Of a stretch of DNA of 48,704 nt, positions 28,112-36,882 are shown in pieces. The notes beneath the pieces were generated by a model. That model had not been told where the DNA came from. It was given only the letters and a program-made list of their open reading frames with translations, and did not search any database. Made by a program: the position numbers and the translations under genes. Every line of letters starts with the position of its first letter. The first letter of the stretch is position 1. Source of the DNA: a virus (lineage: Duplodnaviria > Caudoviricetes); IMG/VR virus record IMGVR_UViG_3300010382_000021, positions 1 through 48,704 of that record; one strand, written 5' to 3'.

Positions 28112-28425
28112 ATCCGGGCAAATACAGGCATAAAATTATATTTCTTAAGAATAACGGCGGTAAAGATGAATACGGGGAGCCTGCGGATGATTGGCAGCCA
28201 TTCATTACTGCCTGGGCAGCCGTCGACCCGTTGCTCGGCAATGAATTCCTTACGGCCCTGACCACAGCTGCAAAGGTTGAAGTAAAATTCAATAGCCGGT
28301 ACATTTCGGGGGTAACAAATGATATGCGGATTCAGTATGGCAGCAAAACATATGAAATACTGTCAGCCATAAATGTAAAGGAGCTTAACAGGGAGTTGCT
28401 TTGCTACTGCAAGGAAGTGAAGTAA
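28108..28425 (+). CDS. Head closure protein
   Basis: NPG..RH.I, WAAV.P..G.E, MRI.Y. Confidence 0.88.
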   Translation: MNPGKYRHKIIFLKNNGGKDEYGEPADDWQPFITAWAAVDPLLGNEFLTALTTAAKVEVKFNSRYISGVTNDMRIQYGSKTYEILSAINVKELNRELLCYCKEVK

Positions 28426-28890
28426 GTGGCCAAGGTAAAATTCAAAGTTGAGGGCATGAATAAGCTGCAAAAAAGCCTGAAAAAGCTCGGAGATGTGCCG
28501 CAGAAACATGTAACGGCAGCAGCTAAAAAAGGTATGAATATTGTAAAGAAAGACGCTAAGGCTGATGCTCCGTACCTCTCCGGAGACTTACAGCAAGGTA
28601 CGATTCTTGTACCGGAAAAAACGAAGCCGGGCAAGAAGGTATATCGGGTTGTGTTTGATAGCAAGATGAATGACGTTTTCCAGAAACCAAACAAAGACGG
28701 TAAGATAACCGGGTATTACCCGGTATCTCAGGAATACGGATTCTTTGCAAAGAACGGTAGATACATCCCAGGTCTTGCTTTTGCCCGTGGTTCACTTGAA
28801 AAGGATGCTCCGGCAGTAGAAAAAACCATCGTTGACACCATGAAAAAGAAAATTGATGCGGAGATTGCGAAAGGGGGCTTGAAAAAGTGA
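28426..28890 (+). CDS. HK97 gp10-like neck/tail protein
   Basis: AP..SG.L, QEYG. Confidence 0.85.
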   Translation: MAKVKFKVEGMNKLQKSLKKLGDVPQKHVTAAAKKGMNIVKKDAKADAPYLSGDLQQGTILVPEKTKPGKKVYRVVFDSKMNDVFQKPNKDGKITGYYPVSQEYGFFAKNGRYIPGLAFARGSLEKDAPAVEKTIVDTMKKKIDAEIAKGGLKK

Positions 28891-29270
28891 TAGAGGCAGC
28901 ACTGAAATATGAAATTGAGCAATCTATCCCGGAACTGGCCGGAGAAATCTATCCGACAAATGCTCCTGAAACGCACAATAAACCGTACTTGGTGTACATG
29001 CGCACCAAGACAGACAGAACAAAGACGCTTGATGGGTACACAGACAAGCAGGCTTTGAGCTTTATGTGGAGCGCTATGGCAACACGATATAACGATATGC
29101 TCAGTGTTCGCGGCAAGCTCGAAGCATTGCTTTTATCCATGCCAAAACGAAGTATAGGACAGGGTGACGGAATATTTATCGAGGATATTGATATCGAGGA
29201 CATAAATGAAACATACGAATTCAACCTCGGCGTAAACCGGGGGATTATTGTTTTTACAATATATTTTTAG
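28887..29270 (+). CDS. Tail terminator (DUF3168-like)
   Basis: IYP..APE....PY.VY; synteny. Confidence 0.75.
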   Translation: MIEAALKYEIEQSIPELAGEIYPTNAPETHNKPYLVYMRTKTDRTKTLDGYTDKQALSFMWSAMATRYNDMLSVRGKLEALLLSMPKRSIGQGDGIFIEDIDIEDINETYEFNLGVNRGIIVFTIYF

Positions 29271-29286
29271 GAAAGGATGATGGGAT

Positions 29287-29724
29287 ATGCCAGAAGCAAC
29301 AAGAGCACTTGGGACCACACTGCAAATAGGTAAGGGGCCGGACCCGGCGCCAATAACAGTAGCAAAACTGTCCTCTATAGGGGGGCTGGAGCTTTCCGCA
29401 GATACGATAGATACAACGGCGCTGGATTCCGATGGTGGCTACAGAGAATTTATTGCCGGCTTCAAGGATGCCGGAGAAGTGGCTGTTGAAGGTTACTTTG
29501 TCCCAGCAACAGGTCAGGGGCAAAAGGAACTTTACGATCTGTTTGAAAGCGGCGCTACGGAAGATTTTGCAATTGTATTCCCGGCAAGCTTAAATGCGCA
29601 GTGGGAATTCAAGGGCATTGTGGTAGGCTTTTCTACCAGTGCGGACCTTGAAGATCCGCTGGCGTTTTCGGCAACAATCAAAGTTTCGGGTGCGCCGACA
29701 TTGACAGTAGGAGCGGGGAGCTAG
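29287..29724 (+). CDS. Major tail (tube) protein
   Basis: DTIDTT.LDS..GYREFI.G.KDAGE; F.ATIKVSG.P. Confidence 0.9.
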   Translation: MPEATRALGTTLQIGKGPDPAPITVAKLSSIGGLELSADTIDTTALDSDGGYREFIAGFKDAGEVAVEGYFVPATGQGQKELYDLFESGATEDFAIVFPASLNAQWEFKGIVVGFSTSADLEDPLAFSATIKVSGAPTLTVGAGS

Positions 29725-29737
29725 GGCTCCCTGTTTT
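29716..29737 (+). terminator. Hairpin/terminator after the tail tube gene
   Basis: GGGAGC-tagg-GCTCCC-TGTTTT. Confidence 0.5.
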
Positions 29738-29756
29738 GCTGTGGGAGGGATTTGAG

Positions 29757-29927
29757 TTGAGTGATACGAAAAAGATTCAAGTGGATGTTGCTATCAATTT
29801 AAGTAACATCGATGAATATTTAGCAAAAGCAAATAAATATGTTGAGTTGTTGGCCGAAGCCAAAACTTTGGCAGAAGAATTGGCTTCGGCAAAGTTCGAA
29901 ATAGAAGTTAGCGGACATCAAGCTTAA
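29757..29927 (+). CDS. Small hypothetical protein
   Basis: GGGAGG SD, TTG start. Confidence 0.55.
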   Translation: MSDTKKIQVDVAINLSNIDEYLAKANKYVELLAEAKTLAEELASAKFEIEVSGHQA

Positions 29928-30123
29928 AATCTATTTCATTGTGGCAATAAGGGCATATGCTTTTTCCGACGGGAGCATTAATGCTCTTGCCGCAAGCGGG
30001 GCATTTGATATCGTACTTCCCTTTTAAAGCTGCGGATTTAGCTTTTTCCATAACGGATTTTTCTAAATCCTTTTGGAATTTACGCATATCAGACTTGCTA
30101 AGCAGGTTATATTTTTTAGTCAA
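29908..30123 (-). CDS. Moron zinc-ribbon protein
   Basis: CPAC...CPYC; GAGGTG SD; TGCTATAAT upstream. Confidence 0.7.
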   Translation of the reverse strand: MTKKYNLLSKSDMRKFQKDLEKSVMEKAKSAALKGKYDIKCPACGKSINAPVGKSICPYCHNEIDFKLDVR

Positions 30124-30192
30124 TTTAATCACCTCTTTGAGGTTGATTATAGCATAAATGTAAAAATATATAAAATAAAGGAGAGTGAAAAC

Positions 30193-30534
30193 ATGTTTTA
30201 TCCGATAAAATTAGATAAAATGAGGAACTTAAGGTACGGTATGAAAGCAATAAGCTTAATTGAGGAAACGCTGGGAAAGCCAGTTATGCAAATAGAAGGC
30301 ATAGACAACGGAGGATTAACAATGCATGCTTATGCCGTCCTGATATGGGCTGGTCTTGTGCACGAAGATAAAGACTTGACGCCTGATAAGGTAATAGATT
30401 TAGTAGACGAATACTCATCCATCAAAACTGTTACTGAAGAAATGTGGAAAGCATTTAATGGAGCTTTTAAGAGCAACGAGGGAAAAGAAGCAAGAAAAAA
30501 CTCCAAGGGAGCAGCGGAGAAGAATTTAGCGTAA
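30193..30534 (+). CDS. Tail assembly chaperone (gpG-like)
   Basis: IKLDK.R.L.YG..A...IEE; WAGL.HED. Confidence 0.85.
   Translation: MFYPIKLDKMRNLRYGMKAISLIEETLGKPVMQIEGIDNGGLTMHAYAVLIWAGLVHEDKDLTPDKVIDLVDEYSSIKTVTEEMWKAFNGAFKSNEGKEARKNSKGAAEKNLA
30495..30501 (+). promoter_or_regulatory. -1 ribosomal frameshift site A AAA AAC
   Basis: XXXYYYZ heptamer in the correct phase; the -1 frame is open into the 30543 ORF. Confidence 0.85.
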
Positions 30535-30542
30535 AAAATGCC

Positions 30543-30836
30543 ATGCAACTTGCTGCTCAAATTGAAATATCACCATCAGAGTTTTGGGACATGACACCTG
30601 CTGAATTAAATATATGGGCCAGGGGGTATAGTCAGAGAAAAGAGGTAGAGGCAAAAGAGAGCATATTTCAAGCGTATCTTATAAGTCGTTGGGTATGGCA
30701 GAAAAAAATAAATATAGAAAAGATACTTGATGCAAAGCGGAAAAAACGTATTATGACAGATGAGCAGATGCTTAATCAGATCAAGACACTCAATGCAGTA
30801 TTTGGTGGAGAGATCAAATGCAAAGGGCAGAATTAA
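30543..30836 (+). CDS. Tail chaperone frameshift extension (gpT-like)
   Basis: ISPSEFWDMTPAEL; no clear SD; reached by -1 shift. Confidence 0.8.
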   Translation: MQLAAQIEISPSEFWDMTPAELNIWARGYSQRKEVEAKESIFQAYLISRWVWQKKINIEKILDAKRKKRIMTDEQMLNQIKTLNAVFGGEIKCKGQN

Positions 30837-30849
30837 ACCTCTGCCCTTT
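30822..30849. terminator. Bidirectional terminator
   Basis: AAAGGGCAGA...TCTGCCCTTT between convergent genes. Confidence 0.65.
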
Positions 30850-30857
30850 ATGGGATT

Positions 30858-31601
30858 TCATTTATCGTCTGCGAGAATAATGAATTCAGCCGATAAATAG
30901 GGAATAGAAACCCCTTGGCCTAGAACCGACGTATAAGTTTTTATCCCGTTTAGAGTGCCATATAAATTCACGATATCGTTTTCAAGAATTCGGCTTTCAT
31001 TTTTAGATTTTCGAGTATATTCAACATAGAGAGTGTCTTTCCAGAAATTATTTTCATCCTTAGTTACATTTACGCGCAAAACGATGAGATCCCCCGATTC
31101 TTGTACTTGGATTACTTGTCCGGTAAAAACAGAATCTTTGCCTACATAATTATTCGGATTGCGAGCAATTTCTTCATAAGCATAAGATGAGCATAAAGGC
31201 TTGTATTCATCTAGCGTCAGACCACCTGATTTGTTTGCTTGAATATTAGTAGATTGCCCTGATGGATTAAATGCCATTGAAATTATAAAAATTACTATTG
31301 ATAAAACGGAATAGCCTAAAAATACTTTTGATTTTTTTCCTTTTGCATAATTAATAAAAAATAAGAATGACATTACAACATAGGCGATAGTTGCTATTAC
31401 AGGAATCATAAACAGTATATGCCCCTGAGCTATCCACGGCATAAAAATTGCGGTTACTCCAGAATACATAAATAGTACTAAAAACAGGCAAAAAATAGAG
31501 CCTATAGCAATAAATAAGATATTCCAGGCTGTTAATTTTTTAGGAGGGGGACTACCGTTATTGTTTACGGGAAAAAGTTCGGGTGAACCGTATAATCCCA
31601 T
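30858..31601 (-). CDS. Moron membrane protein with extracellular OB-fold-like domain
   Basis: About 3 TM helices, then YEEIARNP..Y.G....FTGQVIQVQE...RILE.D.V..YG; own promoter TTGATT-17-TATTAT. Confidence 0.8.
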   Translation of the reverse strand: MGLYGSPELFPVNNNGSPPPKKLTAWNILFIAIGSIFCLFLVLFMYSGVTAIFMPWIAQGHILFMIPVIATIAYVVMSFLFFINYAKGKKSKVFLGYSVLSIVIFIISMAFNPSGQSTNIQANKSGGLTLDEYKPLCSSYAYEEIARNPNNYVGKDSVFTGQVIQVQESGDLIVLRVNVTKDENNFWKDTLYVEYTRKSKNESRILENDIVNLYGTLNGIKTYTSVLGQGVSIPYLSAEFIILADDK

Positions 31602-31719
31602 ATTATCACCTCATATTTTTACTAAATAATACCATAAAAGAGTTTAAAAATCAAAATAATTTAGAAATTCGAACATCTATAAGGATGTTTTTATTTTTTA
31701 TAGAAGGAGGTGGAAAAGC

Positions 31720-34086
31720 ATGAGTCAAAAGTCTAACTTTATAGTTCGCGGCGGAGCAGACTTTAGCGGAATAAAAAAAGAAATGACCGTACTGCAAGGG
31801 CAATTTAAGGGCTTCCAAGCAATAATTTCGGGTGGGTTGCAATTAGCGGGGATTAGTTTAGGAATAGGCGCGCTGGTCAGCTTCGGAAGAAAGGCCATTG
31901 AAGTAGCATCAGATCTTGAGGAAGTGCAAAATGTGGTTGACGTCACATTTGGCTCTATGGCGAAGGACGTTAATGATTTTGCAGATACGGCCTTGAAGCA
32001 ATTTGGGTTGTCTCAGTTATCCGCTAAAAAATATACATCTACAATGGGTGCTATGTTGAAATCCTCCGGGCTAACGGGAGAAGCAATGAAAAGCATGGCT
32101 ATAGATCTGACTGAATTATCAGCGGATATGGCCTCTTTTTATAATCTGCAAAACGATGCGGCTTTTGAGAAGATACAAGCGGGTATAGCCGGAGAAACAA
32201 AGCCGCTGCGTGAACTAGGTATTAACATGACAGTTGCGAATCTGGAAGCATATGCATTATCTCAAGGGATCAGAGAGTCATGGTTAGAAATGACACAGGC
32301 GGAGCAGACCCTGCTAAGATACAATTATCTGCTATCCGTTACTGGGGATGCTCAGGGTGATTTTGCCAGGACATCAGGAAGCTGGGCGAATCAGGTAAAA
32401 CTCCTTAAAGAGCAATGGCAGGAATTTATGGGGCTGATGGGTAAGGCACTAGTAGAAATCCTTCTCCCCGTGGTAAGGTTTTTGAACGAAGCGCTAGAGG
32501 CCCTGATTGCTGTTACAAAGGAAATTGGCAAGATATATGTAATGATTACCGGAAAGCAGATTGAAATAAGCGACACAGCGGGTGATGCAGCTGATTCGGA
32601 GATCGATTTATCAGATGGTGTCGATAAAGCGGGAAAAGCGGCTAAAAAGGCATTAGCGCCATTTGATGAACTGAACTTATTACAGAGTTCTCTGGCCTCA
32701 GGAAGCGGAGGAGCATCGGGGTTGGATAATATTAAAACCAATATAGATACAAAGCAAATTACGGATGGGCTAACAAGCGGTTTTAAGGACGCTGAAGATG
32801 AGAGTGATAAGTTTTATTTGTGGTTTACGGATAGATGGAATAAATTAAAGCAAATGTTGGCGGTACCGCTATTTGTGCCCGCGCCCATTTTTGCAGCTAT
32901 TCCGAATCCCGTATATGACCCAAACTGGGGACTGGAACCGCCGCCTAAAGTAGAGAAACCAGTATTTCAGCCGATACCTAGTCCGATATACAACCCTAAT
33001 TGGAACTTAACTGTTCCAGCCGTATCTGCTCCGGTATTTCAGCCGATACCGAATCCCGTATATAGCCCAAACTGGGGACTGGAACCGCCTCCTGTCCCGG
33101 TCATAGAGATTCCGACCATAGATTATGTTGCGTATGGGCTATCCCTGGCAGCACTTGCGGTAAAGACGGCAGAGTCCTTTGAAGGTGTTAAAACTCACAT
33201 ATACGGATCGATGGAATCCGCAAGAGCAGCTGTTAACACAGGCTTAGAAACAATAAGAAGCAATTTTGAAACTCACAAGGAAAATGTCGGGCTGATAGCT
33301 GCTGCCGCATCTGCCGTACTGGTTGCGAATATAAAGCAGGGGCTATCTACTACGGGTACAAATGTAAATAACGCCATAAGTACCATTCAAAATAATTTAC
33401 AAATGTTTGGCAGGAATACCGGTAATATTGCAGCAGAAACGGCTAAAGCCTGGGCTAATAATTTAAGCGAAGGGTATAAGGCAGCATCACAAAACTTTTC
33501 AACCTTTGCAAATACAACCGGACAAAATTTAAAAGCTTTTGGAAGTGGATTTTTACAGGCTGCGGCAGAAACCGCCAGAGGATTTGTAAGTAATATGGTA
33601 AGCGGATTTAGCTCAGTATGGAATAATTTCAAAAATCTAATGAGCAGTATAGGTGAAGAAGTAAGTGGATGGTTCAGGGAAAACAAAAGCCTGGTGTTAA
33701 AAACGACTATAGCAGCCGGCGTAATAGTGGGGGCGGGGGCATTGGCATTAGCAGCACCCGCGATAATTCCATATGCAGGAGCGGCTTTAGGGGGGCTGGC
33801 GAGTATCCCGGCCCTTGCCGATGGCGGTATAACCAACGGTCCTATGCTCGCTATGGTAGGAGATAATCCCGGAGGCAGGGAGGTAATATCGCCTCTGGAT
33901 GATCTGAAGGAAATGATAGTATCTGCTGTAACGAGCGCCATGCAGCAATCCGGGAATAGCGGTGGCTCCGGTAGTGGATCAGGAGACTTGATACTGAAGA
34001 TAGGCGAAACTGAATTCGCGAGGATATCAATAAGCGCGATAAATGCAGAACAGCGACGTGCAGGCAGAACGCTGCTGATAGTATAG
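31720..34086 (+). CDS. Tape measure protein
   Basis: ASDLEEVQNVVDVTFG, ADMASFYN, QGDFARTS, LA.GG...GP..A.VGD. Confidence 0.93.
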   Translation: MSQKSNFIVRGGADFSGIKKEMTVLQGQFKGFQAIISGGLQLAGISLGIGALVSFGRKAIEVASDLEEVQNVVDVTFGSMAKDVNDFADTALKQFGLSQLSAKKYTSTMGAMLKSSGLTGEAMKSMAIDLTELSADMASFYNLQNDAAFEKIQAGIAGETKPLRELGINMTVANLEAYALSQGIRESWLEMTQAEQTLLRYNYLLSVTGDAQGDFARTSGSWANQVKLLKEQWQEFMGLMGKALVEILLPVVRFLNEALEALIAVTKEIGKIYVMITGKQIEISDTAGDAADSEIDLSDGVDKAGKAAKKALAPFDELNLLQSSLASGSGGASGLDNIKTNIDTKQITDGLTSGFKDAEDESDKFYLWFTDRWNKLKQMLAVPLFVPAPIFAAIPNPVYDPNWGLEPPPKVEKPVFQPIPSPIYNPNWNLTVPAVSAPVFQPIPNPVYSPNWGLEPPPVPVIEIPTIDYVAYGLSLAALAVKTAESFEGVKTHIYGSMESARAAVNTGLETIRSNFETHKENVGLIAAAASAVLVANIKQGLSTTGTNVNNAISTIQNNLQMFGRNTGNIAAETAKAWANNLSEGYKAASQNFSTFANTTGQNLKAFGSGFLQAAAETARGFVSNMVSGFSSVWNNFKNLMSSIGEEVSGWFRENKSLVLKTTIAAGVIVGAGALALAAPAIIPYAGAALGGLASIPALADGGITNGPMLAMVGDNPGGREVISPLDDLKEMIVSAVTSAMQQSGNSGGSGSGSGDLILKIGETEFARISISAINAEQRRAGRTLLIV

Positions 34087-34097
34087 GAGGTGCAGAT

Positions 34098-34280
34098 TTG
34101 GAGACGATTTGCGAGCACAAATACGTGTTTATGGAAACGGTTAGACAAAAGGGCTATAGTGGCTATGGCTCAAAAGAATGGAAGCGTATTGACCGATTCT
34201 ACTGCGAAAAATGCTTAGAAATCAAGGAACTGGTCAAAACAGCACCAGCCTATTATGATAAGCCCGAATGGTTTGATTAA
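34098..34280 (+). CDS. Small hypothetical protein
   Basis: AGGAGGTG SD; CEH...FYCEKCL. Confidence 0.6.
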   Translation: METICEHKYVFMETVRQKGYSGYGSKEWKRIDRFYCEKCLEIKELVKTAPAYYDKPEWFD

Positions 34281-34299
34281 GGAGGGGGGGGGTAACAAT

Positions 34300-34659
34300 A
34301 TGCTGATAAAAATAAACGGTGAAGAAATCGCTGCATACCCTTTTGAGTTTTCTGTAACCCCGATGGACCTGGACAACGGCGAGACCACGGTAAGAACTAT
34401 GGACGGTACCCTTAACCGGGACAGAATAACCGTCAAGAGGCAAATAAACTGGTCTTTCAATGCTTTATCCTGGGAAGCAATATCAGCCTTGCTGAAAAGC
34501 ATGAGCGCAACATTCTTCGATGTGTATTATCCTGATCCCATGGAAGGCGATTATGTTACAAAGACATTTTATGTGGGAAACCGGCCGACCACGGTTGCCA
34601 TAGCCAGGGGAGACGAAATAGTATGGTCGGGCCTGAAGGTAACCCTAACGGAGAGGTGA
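34300..34659 (+). CDS. Distal tail-like protein (DUF6711-like)
   Basis: DLD....R..DG.L.RDRI..KR; Y.DP..G....FYVG.R. Confidence 0.8.
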   Translation: MLIKINGEEIAAYPFEFSVTPMDLDNGETTVRTMDGTLNRDRITVKRQINWSFNALSWEAISALLKSMSATFFDVYYPDPMEGDYVTKTFYVGNRPTTVAIARGDEIVWSGLKVTLTER

Positions 34660-34663
34660 TGGT

Positions 34664-36715
34664 ATGTACCCAGTAAGTAATGATTTTAAGATTGCAGCAC
34701 TTAAGAGTGAGCGAGAATTCCAAGCAAAGATAGTGATAGGCGGTACAAAGGTTTTTGAAGATAGCTCAATAGTTGGATTCTCAATCGCTGATTCGCTGAC
34801 AAGTAAGGACGATTTTACAATAGGAGAGGCTATATCTTCAAAGCTCACGGCTTCAATAAGGACGAAAATACCTTTGCTTGACGGGGAAAAGGTAGAGCCC
34901 TTCATCCGGATAAAACTTAATGAAGGGTATTCTGATTATATGCCCCTGGGAGTATTCTCGATTGACAGCAAGGTCAATAAAAATAACATATGGGAGATAA
35001 CAGCTTATGACGATCTGACAGCTCTGCTTATCCCATATGAATCTGAGCTATTGTATCCGGCAACGATGCTGGCCGTAATGAACGAGATTAAAGCTCAGCT
35101 AAATTTGACCTTTGACAGCAGCATTGTAATAAACCCAACATTCACAATAGCCTATAACAATAACACAGATCCGCCGACAATCCGGGATGTAATACGATGG
35201 ATTGCCGGCGCTCATCTTTGCTCTGCCAGGATGACGAAAGATGGTAAGTTGGGCTGGGTAAAGTTTTCACCCGCGGTCACGACCAGGACCGGCATACAAA
35301 TGTCAAGTTGCTTCAGAGTAAACAAAATAAACGATATAAGGACCATAACAAAGGTGATAGTGACTGACAGCTCCCAGGGAGAAACAGTATACATTGAAAG
35401 GGGCTCCGGCGATGCCTACCATACATTGACCTTTGATAATCCTTATGTTACACAAGCTTATCTGAATGCTCTATTCCCCCAGATAGAGGGCTTTTCTTAC
35501 GTGCCCTATGAGCTGTCATGTCGAGGACTGCCCTATTTGGAAACAGGGGACGCAATCACCTTTCAGCGTGACGAGAGTTTGACTTGGCTTGACATAGATA
35601 TACCCTGGCAGGATTATAATGTTCCCTGGGATGGCCTTGTTACTTATAACTCTTTGATACTGCACAGTGAGCTTGTGTATAAAAAGGGGTTGCTGCAAAA
35701 CATTGCGGCCAGGACACGGTCCGAAAAAGAAAACGAGTACGAGTTTACCGGCACTCTGAACGCAGAAATACAGAGACTTAGAAGAAATGCAATACAGGAG
35801 AGCAAGCTTTATAACGGCGTAAAAATAACAAGAGCTTCCGGCGTAGAAGTAATACGCTCAGATGGTAAGGCAGAAGTGTCTATGAATGCCACGGACGGCT
35901 TCCGGATACAGTCTGACCGGGGCGATGGATATCTGGAGGACGCACTGTATATAGATACAAACGGAAACTTGAAAATACATGGTGATTCTATCATAAGTTT
36001 TGGTGATATATACGATGTACCGGACTTCGTGACAGATTCCGATTTACAGGATGAGCTGCTTAATTACGTTACCGGCTCCGGGCTGACTACTATACTCGGG
36101 CAGGACTATGTTATCACAGGGAAGATTCTGGCCAACCAGATAGCGGCAGGGACCATATCAGGGGTGACAATAGACGTAGATACCGACATGACCGTCGGAA
36201 ACAACATATATCTGGGCGGCAGCTCAGGCATACGATTGGAAAATGACGAGGGATATTTTTATCTTCGGCGCAGCGGCGTAAGGGCTATGAAGTTTTGGAG
36301 CAATGGGATATTTGTTGAGGGAAATGTGGATGTATCCCGGGGAGGCAGTATCGGAATGCATGACGGTATAAACGGTACGACGAGAGAGGCCATGATAACC
36401 TTCCACACTGACGGAGGGATCTCGATCCGTGGCACCGGCGCCGATATGAACATCGGCACTTCCGGATATAATCCAACGGTAAACATATACGGATATATGC
36501 GGCATAGGGGGGACAGAATAGGATTCTTCGGGTATTCTGCATCCAGCAGGACTTCAGTATCCTCCCCGAATTCTATTGTGACTACGCAGACTGCTAGTGG
36601 TTCCTACGGCTCAAACGAACAGAATATGCTTAACAATTTGAAGCAGGATGTTAGAAATCTCAGGAGTACACTTTATGATTTAAGAGATGCACTGAATAGT
36701 TATGGCTTGGTGTAG
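34664..36715 (+). CDS. Tail tip / baseplate hub protein
   Basis: Synteny; PLGVF, AYD, G.PYLE.GD; beta-rich C-terminus. Confidence 0.8.
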   Translation: MYPVSNDFKIAALKSEREFQAKIVIGGTKVFEDSSIVGFSIADSLTSKDDFTIGEAISSKLTASIRTKIPLLDGEKVEPFIRIKLNEGYSDYMPLGVFSIDSKVNKNNIWEITAYDDLTALLIPYESELLYPATMLAVMNEIKAQLNLTFDSSIVINPTFTIAYNNNTDPPTIRDVIRWIAGAHLCSARMTKDGKLGWVKFSPAVTTRTGIQMSSCFRVNKINDIRTITKVIVTDSSQGETVYIERGSGDAYHTLTFDNPYVTQAYLNALFPQIEGFSYVPYELSCRGLPYLETGDAITFQRDESLTWLDIDIPWQDYNVPWDGLVTYNSLILHSELVYKKGLLQNIAARTRSEKENEYEFTGTLNAEIQRLRRNAIQESKLYNGVKITRASGVEVIRSDGKAEVSMNATDGFRIQSDRGDGYLEDALYIDTNGNLKIHGDSIISFGDIYDVPDFVTDSDLQDELLNYVTGSGLTTILGQDYVITGKILANQIAAGTISGVTIDVDTDMTVGNNIYLGGSSGIRLENDEGYFYLRRSGVRAMKFWSNGIFVEGNVDVSRGGSIGMHDGINGTTREAMITFHTDGGISIRGTGADMNIGTSGYNPTVNIYGYMRHRGDRIGFFGYSASSRTSVSSPNSIVTTQTASGSYGSNEQNMLNNLKQDVRNLRSTLYDLRDALNSYGLV

Positions 36716-36726
36716 GAGGTGAGATA

Positions 36727-36882
36727 GTGGAAAATCAAAAAATCGTAGAAGTGAAGTTAAGCGAAGCAGAATATAACAATCTGCTTATTTTTATGCAGCG
36801 GGTTAACCTGAAGGGCGGTGAGGTGCCAGCGTTTGCAGCTATAATGGGAAGATTGGAGGCGGCGGCTGAAAATGGCGAATAA
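36727..36882 (+). CDS. Small tail-region protein (51 aa)
   Basis: AGGAGGTG SD, GTG start. Confidence 0.6.
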   Translation: MENQKIVEVKLSEAEYNNLLIFMQRVNLKGGEVPAFAAIMGRLEAAAENGE

